DNA from: an uncultured candidate division Zixibacteria bacterium
Lineage (GTDB): Bacteria; Zixibacteria; MSB-5A5; GN15; FEB-12
DNA length: 64,000 bases
Reading direction: 5' to 3'
NCBI GenBank assembly: GCA_963735035.1
Contig: CAVTJJ010000004.1
Span: 1,120,001 to 1,184,000 of the forward strand
In this document: positions 19,743-29,069 of the stretch, piece by piece
Position numbering within the stretch: position 1 is the stretch's first letter
How the letters are laid out: the number at the start of each line of letters is the position of its first letter
The notes under the pieces: generated by a model
Seen by the model: the letters and a program-made list of their open reading frames with translations, nothing else
Told to the model about the DNA's origin: nothing
Databases searched by the model: none
Made by a program: the position numbers and the translations under genes

Positions 19743-21008
19743 GTGGTATCCCTGCTTTGTCTGATCGTGATTATCTGGTGCTATGTCACCGCCTACATCG
19801 TCTCGGTGTACGCGTCCGCGATCTATATTGATCCTGAAGAAGTGTCGGAGCTGTTTCCCGGCCTCTCGCATAGACGTCGTCAGGCCTTGATGCGGCTCGT
19901 TGGCGACCCCCGCGCCTTTGTTCAGATAGCCACGATATATCGATACTTCGCCCTGGTGGTAGTGGTGGGGGCGACGATTCTATTGACCGAACAGACTGTA
20001 GGCAAATACTCCGGATATTACCAATGGTTCACTCTGCTGATGGTCTGGGTTCTCTTTGTGCTGGTGGCAGAATTTCTGCCCCGACGAGCTTCACGCGGGC
20101 CGGTCAATCGAAGAATGGTCCGCTGGCTATGGTTGATCAGTCTTCTGCGTCTCTTGCTGCACCCGTTTGTAGCAGTCTATCGCAGAGGGTTGCTCCGGAC
20201 AAATGGCGATCGTCAGGTCACCGAGGACGAGAAGGAAGAGATTGTCGAACGCGCCATCGAGACTCTGGCCGAGCAGGCTGGAATCGGCGAGACCATTGTC
20301 GAAGAAGATGAGAAGGAAATGATCGGCCAGATATTCCGGCTCGACCAGACCACGGTGAGGGAGATAATGTCGCCTCGAATCGATCTGGTTGGGATCGACA
20401 AGACCTCACGTTTTGCCGACATCCAGGACCTGGTGCGTCGGGACGGCCATTCGCGCTATCCGGTCTACGAGGGTTCGATCGACAAGATCATCGGCATTTT
20501 GTACGTCAAGGACCTTTTCAATAATCTGCCCAAACCGGGCGAAGAATTTGTGATTACCGATTATCTGCGGCGACCGTTTTTTGTGCCGGAAACCAAAGTC
20601 ATCGGAGATCTCCTGCGCGAATTTCGCGCGCGCAAGCTTCATGTAGCAGTGGCGGTTGATGACTACGGTGGCGTAGCAGGACTCGTGAGTCTCGAAGATA
20701 TTCTTGAAGAAATCGTCGGTGAGATTCAAGACGAGCACGACAGCGAGTCCGAGGAATTTAGTCGCCAACCCGACGGTAGCCTGGTAGTCGACGCCGGCAT
20801 GCGGCTGGAAAAGCTCCAGGAGGTTCTCGGAACCGAGTTTGAGCAGGACGAGCATGCGACGGTCGGAGGTCTCATCTACGATCTGGTGGGCTCGGTACCT
20901 GAGCCTGACCAGGAAGTCTGGTGGCATCGCATTAGATTCCATATACTTAAGCTCGACGGCCAGAGGATTCTCTTGGTTCGCGTCAGCTACCCATCAAAGC
21001 CTGTCTGA
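19743..21008 (+). CDS. CNNM/hemolysin-family CBS-CorC membrane protein
   Basis: DUF21-type TM region, CBS pair (VREIMSPR, GHSRYPV, VDDYGG.AGLV.LEDILEEIVGEI) and CorC domain. Confidence 0.9.
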   Translation: MVSLLCLIVIIWCYVTAYIVSVYASAIYIDPEEVSELFPGLSHRRRQALMRLVGDPRAFVQIATIYRYFALVVVVGATILLTEQTVGKYSGYYQWFTLLMVWVLFVLVAEFLPRRASRGPVNRRMVRWLWLISLLRLLLHPFVAVYRRGLLRTNGDRQVTEDEKEEIVERAIETLAEQAGIGETIVEEDEKEMIGQIFRLDQTTVREIMSPRIDLVGIDKTSRFADIQDLVRRDGHSRYPVYEGSIDKIIGILYVKDLFNNLPKPGEEFVITDYLRRPFFVPETKVIGDLLREFRARKLHVAVAVDDYGGVAGLVSLEDILEEIVGEIQDEHDSESEEFSRQPDGSLVVDAGMRLEKLQEVLGTEFEQDEHATVGGLIYDLVGSVPEPDQEVWWHRIRFHILKLDGQRILLVRVSYPSKPV

Positions 21009-21049
21009 TCTCACCCCCGGCGCAGCTTGTGCGCCTCGTAAAATACTGC

Positions 21050-21078
21050 TTGACACAGTGATAGGGATATCCTATCAT
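21050..21078 (+). promoter_or_regulatory. Near-consensus sigma70 promoter overlapped by a palindromic operator
   Basis: TTGACA-N17-TATCAT. Inverted repeat TGATAGG-N5-CCTATCA at 21059-21077. Confidence 0.75.
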
Positions 21079-21193
21079 TCCAATGGCAGAATATGCGTTT
21101 AAATCGACTCGCACTTAGTTCCCGTTTACGTAGTTTTGAAATGTAGGAAGGTATATTCGGGACGGAGTGTGAGTGGATCATAGGAGACGTTGT

Positions 21194-21466
21194 ATGGGCA
21201 GTAAGGTATTGTTAGTTGTGGCTGCAATGTTGGTGCTCCTAATCGTTGGTCTGACGTCCGGTCCCGCTTTCTCCGGGGAACATCCATGGGATTCTGATCG
21301 CACAGGTGGCGGGTCAGGTACCACGACAGGTGTTACTCATGACACTGTAACCGTAGTTGGGACAGACACTATGACTATCAACGGTAGCAGCACACCGACC
21401 ACAGTAGTGGCCCCCGGCTGGACCGTGATTGTTCAGGCCGTGTGGTCTGCAATGATGACCAGGTAG
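21194..21466 (+). CDS. Small secreted protein/propeptide (90 aa, HPW motif)
   Basis: SD TAGGAG. Sec signal peptide ending AFS, then GEHPWD, a Gly/Thr linker and a hydrophobic C-terminal segment. Confidence 0.75.
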   Translation: MGSKVLLVVAAMLVLLIVGLTSGPAFSGEHPWDSDRTGGGSGTTTGVTHDTVTVVGTDTMTINGSSTPTTVVAPGWTVIVQAVWSAMMTR

Positions 21467-21565
21467 CTTCCCGACTATGGCGGGTCAATGTGGAGAGCAA
21501 AAGTCAGTTGCCGGCCCGCGACGAAAGGACGACTGCTAAACAAGAACCTTTAGATCTTAAACGAC

Positions 21566-24505
21566 ATGGGCACAACCTCACTGAACTATGTCTTGGATCA
21601 CCGTCTATTGCTGATTGAGGAGCTTCTGCTCCAGCGGAAATATGACGAGGCCAGGAAGGGCCTGGCTAATCTTCGAGAATCTGATTTCGAAGCTGACGAT
21701 ACACAACACGGTCTGTACCTGTCATTGTCTGCCGATATCGCATTCCTCGACGGTGAATATGAGAATTCTCTTGAACTAGGTTTGAAAGCGGCCCGGCTGC
21801 TGGCCGGTTCGCCGCACCATCGCCAATACGGGCGCACCCTCCATGTATTATCAAAGACTCACTGGGCGGAGGGCAATTTCAAGAAGGCTGAAGAAAAGGC
21901 TTACGACGCTATGGCGTCGTATCGTCGGGCCAGCGACAGCGCCGGTCAGGTCAGTGTTCTGAACGAACTGGCCCACATTGCTTTCATGCGCTCCGATTTT
22001 AAGGCCGCCACCGCTTTTCTGGATGAAGCGGTGACTCTGGCCGAGAATCATTCCGCCAAAGCAGCGATGCTCGCCGGCAACGCCGGTCGTATTCGCACGC
22101 TCCAGGGTGAGTGGGCTCGCGCCGAGCAGGATATCAAATCTTCTCTGCAATATTATACTTCGACCGGCGATGAGACCTCTGCGGCCAGCGCACTGCTCTC
22201 GCTGGGTTATTTGCATCTGCGAAAGAGGGAATTCGTCTTCGCCGACGGGTGTTTTGAGAAAGCCCGTGAAATCATTGAACGCCTCGGTCTGAAGCGTCCG
22301 AGAGTATATCATCGCAAATATGCCGGTGAACTTGCTTTCGAAAAAGGCGATTTCTACCGGGCCAAGGCGCTTCTGAGCGAGGCCTACCGTGAGGCCACGC
22401 AACTTGCGCCGGAGTCGGCTCTGGTAACTCAGGCCGGCAGGCGGCTTGCCGAAGTGGAACTGGCACTGGACAATGTTGATTCGGCATCGAAATTCGCTCA
22501 CAAGACCCTCGAATTGGCTTTGAAGATTGGTGAAACCGCTGAAATTGGGCAGGCACGACGGGTTATCGCCGCCGTGTTCGCAGCGCGCTCGGGTTGGGAT
22601 GAGGCGTTTCGAAGTGGTCGCGAGGCTGTTGAAGTGGCTCGCGCAGCCGGTGACCCGATTGATCTGGCTCGTACCCTGCTGGCGTTGGCCGATATAATGG
22701 TACAAGCCGGCTCGGATGATTATGATCAGGTGAGTGGTCTCTATGACGAGGCGGCCAGGATGTTCCGTCGCTTTGACTTGCCCTTCTGGTTCGCCGAAGC
22801 AGGTTATCAGGCCGGTACGTGGGCCTGTCGCCATGGACGACTTTCCCAGGGATTCAAGCTTCTGAGTCGATCGGAAAAGGTCTTCTCGGAACTCGCTGAA
22901 ACCAGCAAAGTGCGCCGGGTGGGGCAGTACCTGACAGCGATCGCTGATCAGGCCGTGGCTCTTTCCGTGTCCGACGACAACCAGTTCAAATTGTTCGGCA
23001 AATTGATCAATCCGGCCGAACTTACCGATCTGAATTCCGGCGCGATGGATGATCTAGTCGACATATTGCGTCGGCGCACCGGAGCGGACCGCGTAGTGGT
23101 CGTCAGTCCTGACCTTGACGCTACCTCTCTGGTGTCTTCCGAACCCATGACGCCTCAGAAAATGACATTATTCATCGAAGGTTTCCGTCGATTGTTGGGT
23201 CAGGAGATTTCCACAATCAAGCCTACGCTTATGCTGGACTGCCGTCGCGATCCCTACGTAGCGGAGTTGTTTGCGGATTCGCTAGATGTCATCGCCAGCG
23301 TACTGGTGGTACCGTTCAAGATGGGCGACGGCTGTGTCAGCTTCATCTATCTCGATCGTGTCGCTGCTGACAATCGCCTGAATCCTTTCGATCAGGACGC
23401 TCTCAATTTCGCGGTAGGATTTTCGGATGTGGTGGCCTTCAAGTCGGCCGAGTTGCAGAGGCGGAAACTCCTCGAGGACAACCGTCGCCTCAAGGCTCAG
23501 ATAATGATGGAAGCGGCGTTTCCGAACATACTTACGCGAAACCACGAGATGCTTCAGATTCTCGATCAGGTCCGGCAGGTTATTGACTCCAATATCTCGA
23601 TAAGCATCCAGGGACCTACCGGAAGCGGCAAGGATTTGCTGGCCCGGGCGATTCATTACAACTCAAAACGGCGCGACAAACGCTTTATCTCCGTAAACTG
23701 CGCCGCTCTGCCGGAAACTCTTTTGGAATCAGAACTCTTTGGATATCGCAGGGGCGCCTTCACCGGAGCGGATCGTGACAAGCCGGGGCTTTTTGAGGAA
23801 GCCGACGGCGGCACGTTCTTCCTTGACGAAATCGCCGATATGCCTTTGAGTGTCCAGGCCAAGATTCTTCGGGTGTTGGAAGAGAAGGAACTGGTTCGTC
23901 TGGGCGAAAGCACACCGCGCAAGGTGGACGTTCGGATTGTCTCGGCTACCAATAAAGACCTCAAGCTGGAGATGGAAGAACGACGCTTCCGCCAGGACTT
24001 GTATTTCCGTCTGGCGGCGCTGACATACCGTTTGCCGGCGCTATCCGACCGTCGCGAGGATATCCCGTTGCTGGTCGAACATTTTGTTCAGGGGAGTGGC
24101 AAGAGGATTTCTCCTGAGGCCATGCAGTACCTGGTGGCGTATGATTGGCCGGGCAACGTCCGCGAACTGGACAACGAAATCAAGAAACTGATTCTGCTCG
24201 CCGGCTCGTCTGAAGTCATCCCATCCGACATTCTCTCGACCAAGATCGTTGCGGAGAACCGTTCGAAATCGCTCAACAGGCCGGGGAGCGACATTTCGTC
24301 GGGCTATGCGGTAGAGTTTGATGCCCAGCATTCGCTTTACGATTTTCTCGCGCAGCATGAGCGGCAGTTCATAGTCAGGGCTCTCAAGGAGCGCAACGGG
24401 GTCAAGAAACACGCTGCGGCCCTCTTGAATATCCCCGAATCGTCACTCCGACTCAAGATCAAGGAATATAATATCGATCTGGATCGCCTCGACGCGATTA
24501 ACTAA
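21566..24505 (+). CDS. TPR-repeat + GAF-like + sigma54-interaction AAA+ + Fis-HTH transcriptional activator
   Basis: N-terminal ~460 aa of TPR-like helical repeats, Walker A GPTGSGKD, ESELFG..RGAFTGA, FLDEI, FRQDLYFRL, WPGNVREL, and C-terminal AA.LL.I HTH. Confidence 0.93.
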   Translation: MGTTSLNYVLDHRLLLIEELLLQRKYDEARKGLANLRESDFEADDTQHGLYLSLSADIAFLDGEYENSLELGLKAARLLAGSPHHRQYGRTLHVLSKTHWAEGNFKKAEEKAYDAMASYRRASDSAGQVSVLNELAHIAFMRSDFKAATAFLDEAVTLAENHSAKAAMLAGNAGRIRTLQGEWARAEQDIKSSLQYYTSTGDETSAASALLSLGYLHLRKREFVFADGCFEKAREIIERLGLKRPRVYHRKYAGELAFEKGDFYRAKALLSEAYREATQLAPESALVTQAGRRLAEVELALDNVDSASKFAHKTLELALKIGETAEIGQARRVIAAVFAARSGWDEAFRSGREAVEVARAAGDPIDLARTLLALADIMVQAGSDDYDQVSGLYDEAARMFRRFDLPFWFAEAGYQAGTWACRHGRLSQGFKLLSRSEKVFSELAETSKVRRVGQYLTAIADQAVALSVSDDNQFKLFGKLINPAELTDLNSGAMDDLVDILRRRTGADRVVVVSPDLDATSLVSSEPMTPQKMTLFIEGFRRLLGQEISTIKPTLMLDCRRDPYVAELFADSLDVIASVLVVPFKMGDGCVSFIYLDRVAADNRLNPFDQDALNFAVGFSDVVAFKSAELQRRKLLEDNRRLKAQIMMEAAFPNILTRNHEMLQILDQVRQVIDSNISISIQGPTGSGKDLLARAIHYNSKRRDKRFISVNCAALPETLLESELFGYRRGAFTGADRDKPGLFEEADGGTFFLDEIADMPLSVQAKILRVLEEKELVRLGESTPRKVDVRIVSATNKDLKLEMEERRFRQDLYFRLAALTYRLPALSDRREDIPLLVEHFVQGSGKRISPEAMQYLVAYDWPGNVRELDNEIKKLILLAGSSEVIPSDILSTKIVAENRSKSLNRPGSDISSGYAVEFDAQHSLYDFLAQHERQFIVRALKERNGVKKHAAALLNIPESSLRLKIKEYNIDLDRLDAIN

Positions 24506-24525
24506 GATCGATTCGAAAATCGATT

Positions 24526-24553
24526 GCGCCCCGTCCGACGGGGCGCTTTTTTT
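24526..24553 (+). terminator. Intrinsic terminator
   Basis: GCGCCCCGT...ACGGGGCGC stem followed by T7. Confidence 0.85.
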
Positions 24554-24557
24554 GTCT

Positions 24558-25355
24558 ATGTCAGTTCTCCAGTCGTTCTGTCACTATGCTGCCGACCCCT
24601 GGTTCAATATGGCTTTCGACGAGGCCATGCTGGAGGAAGTCGATCAATGTCCCGAGAAGATTATTATTCGTCTGTATACTTGGGAGCCGGGTGCGATCAC
24701 GATCGGTGTGAACCAGCAGGTAGAACGAGCCGTGCGACTTGAGAATCTCGGTGATACCCCCTTGCTCCGGCGGATCACCGGCGGACGCGCTGTCTACCAC
24801 GATGTTTCCGAACTGACTTACGCCATAGCCCTGAATTTGGAGAATCCCGATCTCGCTGGTTGGCGCCCTTCGGTGAGTAGCGTGTACCTTCGCCTGGCCG
24901 AAGGACTGCGTCTGTTTCTCGACAGGTTAGGTCGACCGACGCAAATTGTGCGACGTGGTGTCGGCGAAAATCCCCAGCGGGCTGATTACATTACGGCACC
25001 ATGTTTTGAATCTGCTGCCCGCTACGAACTGACCTTTGCCGGAGCGAAACTGCTGGCTTCAGCTCAGCGGCAAGCCGGCTCGGCAATCTTGCAGCACGGC
25101 TCAATCAAGCTCCACGGGGCGGTGGTTCATCCGGCTCTGCGGGGAGGTGTTACGATTTCTGAACATGCCCATCAAGCGATTGAGCAAGAACGCCTTGAAG
25201 AGTTTTCCACACAGTTCATCGAGACTTTGGGTGGGTGGTTTGGAGTGGAAATGTTTGATCGCACAACAGCCACACCGTCCCTTCACCGCCTGGGTGCTCG
25301 TCTGGCAATGATTCGTTCTGATCCCTTGGGCAAGCGCATTCCTGTTGAACGCTGA
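24558..25355 (+). CDS. Lipoate-protein ligase/octanoyltransferase family (LplA/LipM-like)
   Basis: NMAFDEA, RLYTW, RRITGGRAVYH, KLLASAQ and LQHGS motifs. Confidence 0.85.
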   Translation: MSVLQSFCHYAADPWFNMAFDEAMLEEVDQCPEKIIIRLYTWEPGAITIGVNQQVERAVRLENLGDTPLLRRITGGRAVYHDVSELTYAIALNLENPDLAGWRPSVSSVYLRLAEGLRLFLDRLGRPTQIVRRGVGENPQRADYITAPCFESAARYELTFAGAKLLASAQRQAGSAILQHGSIKLHGAVVHPALRGGVTISEHAHQAIEQERLEEFSTQFIETLGGWFGVEMFDRTTATPSLHRLGARLAMIRSDPLGKRIPVER

Positions 25356-25424
25356 GCCCCTAATGTCAGTCTATAACACAGATACCGTAAAGGTCGGAAT
25401 GTCCGGCCCTGCGCAAGAATTCGC

Positions 25425-25454
25425 TTGACTTGCCAGTTCGGGAGAGCCTATTTT
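25425..25454 (+). promoter_or_regulatory. Possible sigma70-type promoter of the TBDR operon
   Basis: TTGACT-N18-TATTTT, ~225 nt upstream of the ATG. Confidence 0.4.
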
Positions 25455-25679
25455 CAAAGGTTAGTTTGTATGGTGTGTTGGTTTGGCGTAACCGTAAGTG
25501 AATGTGGAGGTTGGCGGAAATTATCCGGCACTCGAGAGTCGCTTCGCCCTTCCCGCAGAGGTTACATATAGGACAAATGGTAAGTTACAATTGCAGGCAT
25601 CAGTGGGTTCACGACTTGGCCCGCCGGCTTTTCTGGCGCACCGGTGCTTGAGCGTTTTGTGGTTTAGGAGGAAGAGCTA

Positions 25680-28600
25680 ATGGCTGGGATTGGCAAAAGG
25701 CTGCTCGCATGTATTTTGTTGGCAACGATGGCATTGCTGCTCTTGTCAACTTACTCTTTTGCTGGCACCACCGGACAGATCAAAGGACGGGTCGTCGACG
25801 AGTCCGGCAAACCTGTGATCGGAGCTTCGGTGCTGATCGTAGGAACCACTCAGGGCGCCATGACCGATGTGGACGGGAATTTCCAGGTCCTGCGTGTAGA
25901 TCCGGGAACATATGTTCTGCGCATATCGAGCGTGGAATATACCACCGTCGAGGTCACGAATGTCATCGTCAAGATTGATGAGACTTTCGAAGTCAATCAG
26001 AAGATGGCGGCCAAGGGTGCCACCGACATTAACAAGACCATCACGGTGGAAGGCACCCAGGACATTCTGGACAGATTCGTTACTGACAGCCGTGTGGTAA
26101 TAAGCCAGGAAGCGATCAGGCAGCGTCCGGTGCTTACCGTTGACAACTTGCTGGAGCAGGTGGCGGGTGTCCGTACCACGGCCGAAGGCGAAGTGTTCGT
26201 GCGTGGCGGTCGCGCCGGTGAAGTGGCGTACATCGTTGACGGTGTCCCGATCGGCGATCCGCTCGGCAGCGGTCGCGGTCAGATCGGCGCCTCGCTCTCA
26301 CTGGTGTCAGGTTCGATTGCCGAAATTCAGGTCATCAAGGACGGTTTCGATCCTGAATATGGCAATGCCCTTTCAGGTATTGTCAATATTCGCAGTTTCA
26401 CCGGCGACAAGAACAACACGCGAATGGAACTGCAGTGGATCACCGACGACTTCGGCAACCGGAGTCTCAACAAGTATTCTCGCAATTCCGATTACTTTCA
26501 GGCGACTCTTTCCGGTCCGGACCCGCTGATAAGTGACAAGCTTCTGCCGGCTATGGGACTGAACTTCCTCAAGGATCAGGAGTTTACCTACTTCCTCTAT
26601 GCCAGCGTGGACAAGAACGACGGCATCTACAAGATGCAGGATTACAATACTCCGACGACTGTGCGGAAGTGGCCTACTTTCGGCATTCTCGGCTTTGATG
26701 TGCCGGAACGCCTCAAGAACAATTACCACGTCGAGTCCAATTTTAAGTTCCGTCCGCGTCAAAACCTGAAGTTCGTACTTTCATATAAGAAGTACGTTAA
26801 CAAGATAACGCTTTTCTCCCGCAGCGAATGGGCCTATCGATATTCGAATTCTACGGCTCCAATTTACAACCAGGACTGGTATACGCTGTCTCTCGAAACC
26901 ACGCATTCGGTTTCGCGAAACATGAACTATGAGCTGATCTTCTCAATCTACAACGAAAAGAACAGCGAAAAACCTTCCGACCCCAATCATCCGGGCACGA
27001 CCCTTGATCCGTACGATATGTATACCGATGCCGGTTGGGAAACCTTTCAGGATAACAACGGCAACGGTGTTTACGATCCCCCGGAACCGATCATCAATCT
27101 GTTTGGTGACACCGCCAACTACGGCACCGGTTTCAACGGTCCGGCCTATACTTTCGGAGAGAACAACAGTTACACGAACCAGCAGGGCGGAACGCCCATC
27201 CGGAGCAATTTCCGTTTCAATAATAACGGTGTCATAGACAACCTTGAAGGTGAGCCGTTTATCGACCTCAACGGAAACGGTGTCTGGGATCGGGGCGACT
27301 ATTTGAACGATCGCAACGGCAATGGCATTCTCGACAGCGACCGTCGTCCGACCGTCCAAACGCCCAGTGCCGAACCGTTCGTTGACGGTGACTCGATCAT
27401 CGGCGAACCGTTTGTCGATCTAAACTACAATGGTGTGTACGAACCGCGCATAGATGTGTTCTTTTTCGACGCTGATCCTGCCAGAAATCAGGATCTAAAT
27501 TACAACGGCATATACGACGGCCCCAATTCTCCCTGGACCCCGGGCGTGCCTTTCCTGGATCGTGACGGCGACGGATTGTACGACTACCCTAACAATGTCT
27601 ACGATCCGGGTGAGCCGTTCACCGACGTTAACGGCAATGGCAAGTATGACTACGGCGGCTCGAGTACTTTTCTGGAGCCGGGGACTTATGCTTCCGGTTT
27701 TGTCTGGTCGGAGCAGACCGTTCGGCGAATTCGCGGCGAAGTAAAACTGACGCGCCAGATGAATCGCCACGAGGTCAAGGCCGGTTTCTTCTTGCAACGA
27801 GAGCAGTTGTATCAGGGAGAGATTACCAACCCATATTTGCAGTACAATGGTCGTCCGGACTATAGTAACCCCTACTCGACTCGCGGCCTTTTCCGCGATT
27901 TCTATCGGTACGATCCGATCTCCGGAGCCGTCTATGCTCGTGATAAGATCGAATACGGTTCGATGGTGGCGTCGCTCGGTCTGCGCTGGGATTTCTTCCT
28001 GCAGGATACGAAGGATCTGGCGCGGGCGCTCAAGAGTGATGACCGCGGCGGTAAGATTCTGGGTGATCGGCAGCAGTTTGCTCCAAGAATTGGATTCTCT
28101 TATCCGATTTCCGACAAGGCCAAAGTGTACTTCAACTATGGTCACTTCTTCCAGTTGGCCGGTCTATACACGATGTACAAGCGCAATACTATCAGTGCCG
28201 ACCAGAACAACGTTCTGGGTAATCCCAACTTGAATTATCAGAAGACGATTCAGTATTCGTTCGGCATTAAGTACGCTATGAATGAGAGCTATACTATTGA
28301 CGCCCAGGGGTACTTCAAGGACGAGTTTGACAAGATCAACGCCGGTAACATTTACGAAGGCGAGCTGGTGCGGCAGCAGTATCTCAACAAGGACTATGGA
28401 CGCAGCCGCGGATTTGAAGTCACGCTGGAGCGCTCCGGCGGCGGCCTGGTCAACGGCAACATCAGTTACACCTACGCTTTCGCGTTCGGCAAGGATTCGA
28501 AGTCGGCCGAGCAGTTCAACCGGGACCTGGAGTCGCGTGAGGCTTTGACCGAGTCTCCCATGAACGAGGACATCCGCCACACCGTCAAGGCTGCGGTTAC

Positions 28601-29033
28601 TATCGACATGCCGTCAACGGTTAAGCCGAGACTCTTTGGTGTCCCCATTCTAAACGGCTGGAGTCTGGCTATTGAGGGTCTGGTTGAGAGTGGCGCGCCA
28701 TATACTCCGTCCAGCACTTTCCCCGGTCTGGCTGGTTCGACTACCTCACCGCAAAAGAATTCGATGCGTTTCCCGATGACCGCGGCGTTCGATATCCGTT
28801 TTACGAAAGACTTCGGACTGGCGGGGCTCGACTGGAAAGGCATCCTCTGGGTTGAGAACCTGTTCAATCGGCGCAACGTGGTGGCCCTGGCGGGCGATCC
28901 GAGTTCCACCGGACGAGCTGACACCAATCAGAACATTAACGGAGTCGTGTATGGCGGCTCAGAGTTCGACAAGAATCCCTATAACTGGGGTTATGGTCGC
29001 CAGATCCGGCTCGGTATTCAAGTGAGCATATAG
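25680..29033 (+). CDS. TonB-dependent receptor with carboxypeptidase-regulatory-like N-domain and DxNxNG repeat insert
   Basis: Signal peptide, GQIKGRVVD..G.PVIGASV, plug FVRGGR..EVAYIVDG, GFDPEYGNALSG, PRIGFSYPI and C-terminal RQIRLGIQVSI. Confidence 0.88.
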   Translation: MAGIGKRLLACILLATMALLLLSTYSFAGTTGQIKGRVVDESGKPVIGASVLIVGTTQGAMTDVDGNFQVLRVDPGTYVLRISSVEYTTVEVTNVIVKIDETFEVNQKMAAKGATDINKTITVEGTQDILDRFVTDSRVVISQEAIRQRPVLTVDNLLEQVAGVRTTAEGEVFVRGGRAGEVAYIVDGVPIGDPLGSGRGQIGASLSLVSGSIAEIQVIKDGFDPEYGNALSGIVNIRSFTGDKNNTRMELQWITDDFGNRSLNKYSRNSDYFQATLSGPDPLISDKLLPAMGLNFLKDQEFTYFLYASVDKNDGIYKMQDYNTPTTVRKWPTFGILGFDVPERLKNNYHVESNFKFRPRQNLKFVLSYKKYVNKITLFSRSEWAYRYSNSTAPIYNQDWYTLSLETTHSVSRNMNYELIFSIYNEKNSEKPSDPNHPGTTLDPYDMYTDAGWETFQDNNGNGVYDPPEPIINLFGDTANYGTGFNGPAYTFGENNSYTNQQGGTPIRSNFRFNNNGVIDNLEGEPFIDLNGNGVWDRGDYLNDRNGNGILDSDRRPTVQTPSAEPFVDGDSIIGEPFVDLNYNGVYEPRIDVFFFDADPARNQDLNYNGIYDGPNSPWTPGVPFLDRDGDGLYDYPNNVYDPGEPFTDVNGNGKYDYGGSSTFLEPGTYASGFVWSEQTVRRIRGEVKLTRQMNRHEVKAGFFLQREQLYQGEITNPYLQYNGRPDYSNPYSTRGLFRDFYRYDPISGAVYARDKIEYGSMVASLGLRWDFFLQDTKDLARALKSDDRGGKILGDRQQFAPRIGFSYPISDKAKVYFNYGHFFQLAGLYTMYKRNTISADQNNVLGNPNLNYQKTIQYSFGIKYAMNESYTIDAQGYFKDEFDKINAGNIYEGELVRQQYLNKDYGRSRGFEVTLERSGGGLVNGNISYTYAFAFGKDSKSAEQFNRDLESREALTESPMNEDIRHTVKAAVTIDMPSTVKPRLFGVPILNGWSLAIEGLVESGAPYTPSSTFPGLAGSTTSPQKNSMRFPMTAAFDIRFTKDFGLAGLDWKGILWVENLFNRRNVVALAGDPSSTGRADTNQNINGVVYGGSEFDKNPYNWGYGRQIRLGIQVSI

Positions 29034-29069
29034 TCTGGAAGAGATTTGATGAGCATAAACGAGGTAGAC

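Noticed and set aside
21083..21097. Sigma54 promoter before the peptide gene (TGGCAGAATATGC)
   Set aside because: The GG-to-GC spacing is 8 nt, not the required 10.
25455..25679. Cobalamin or TPP riboswitch before the TBDR
   Set aside because: No B12-box/GGGAA...GCCACTG or CTGAGA...CCTGA signatures were seen.
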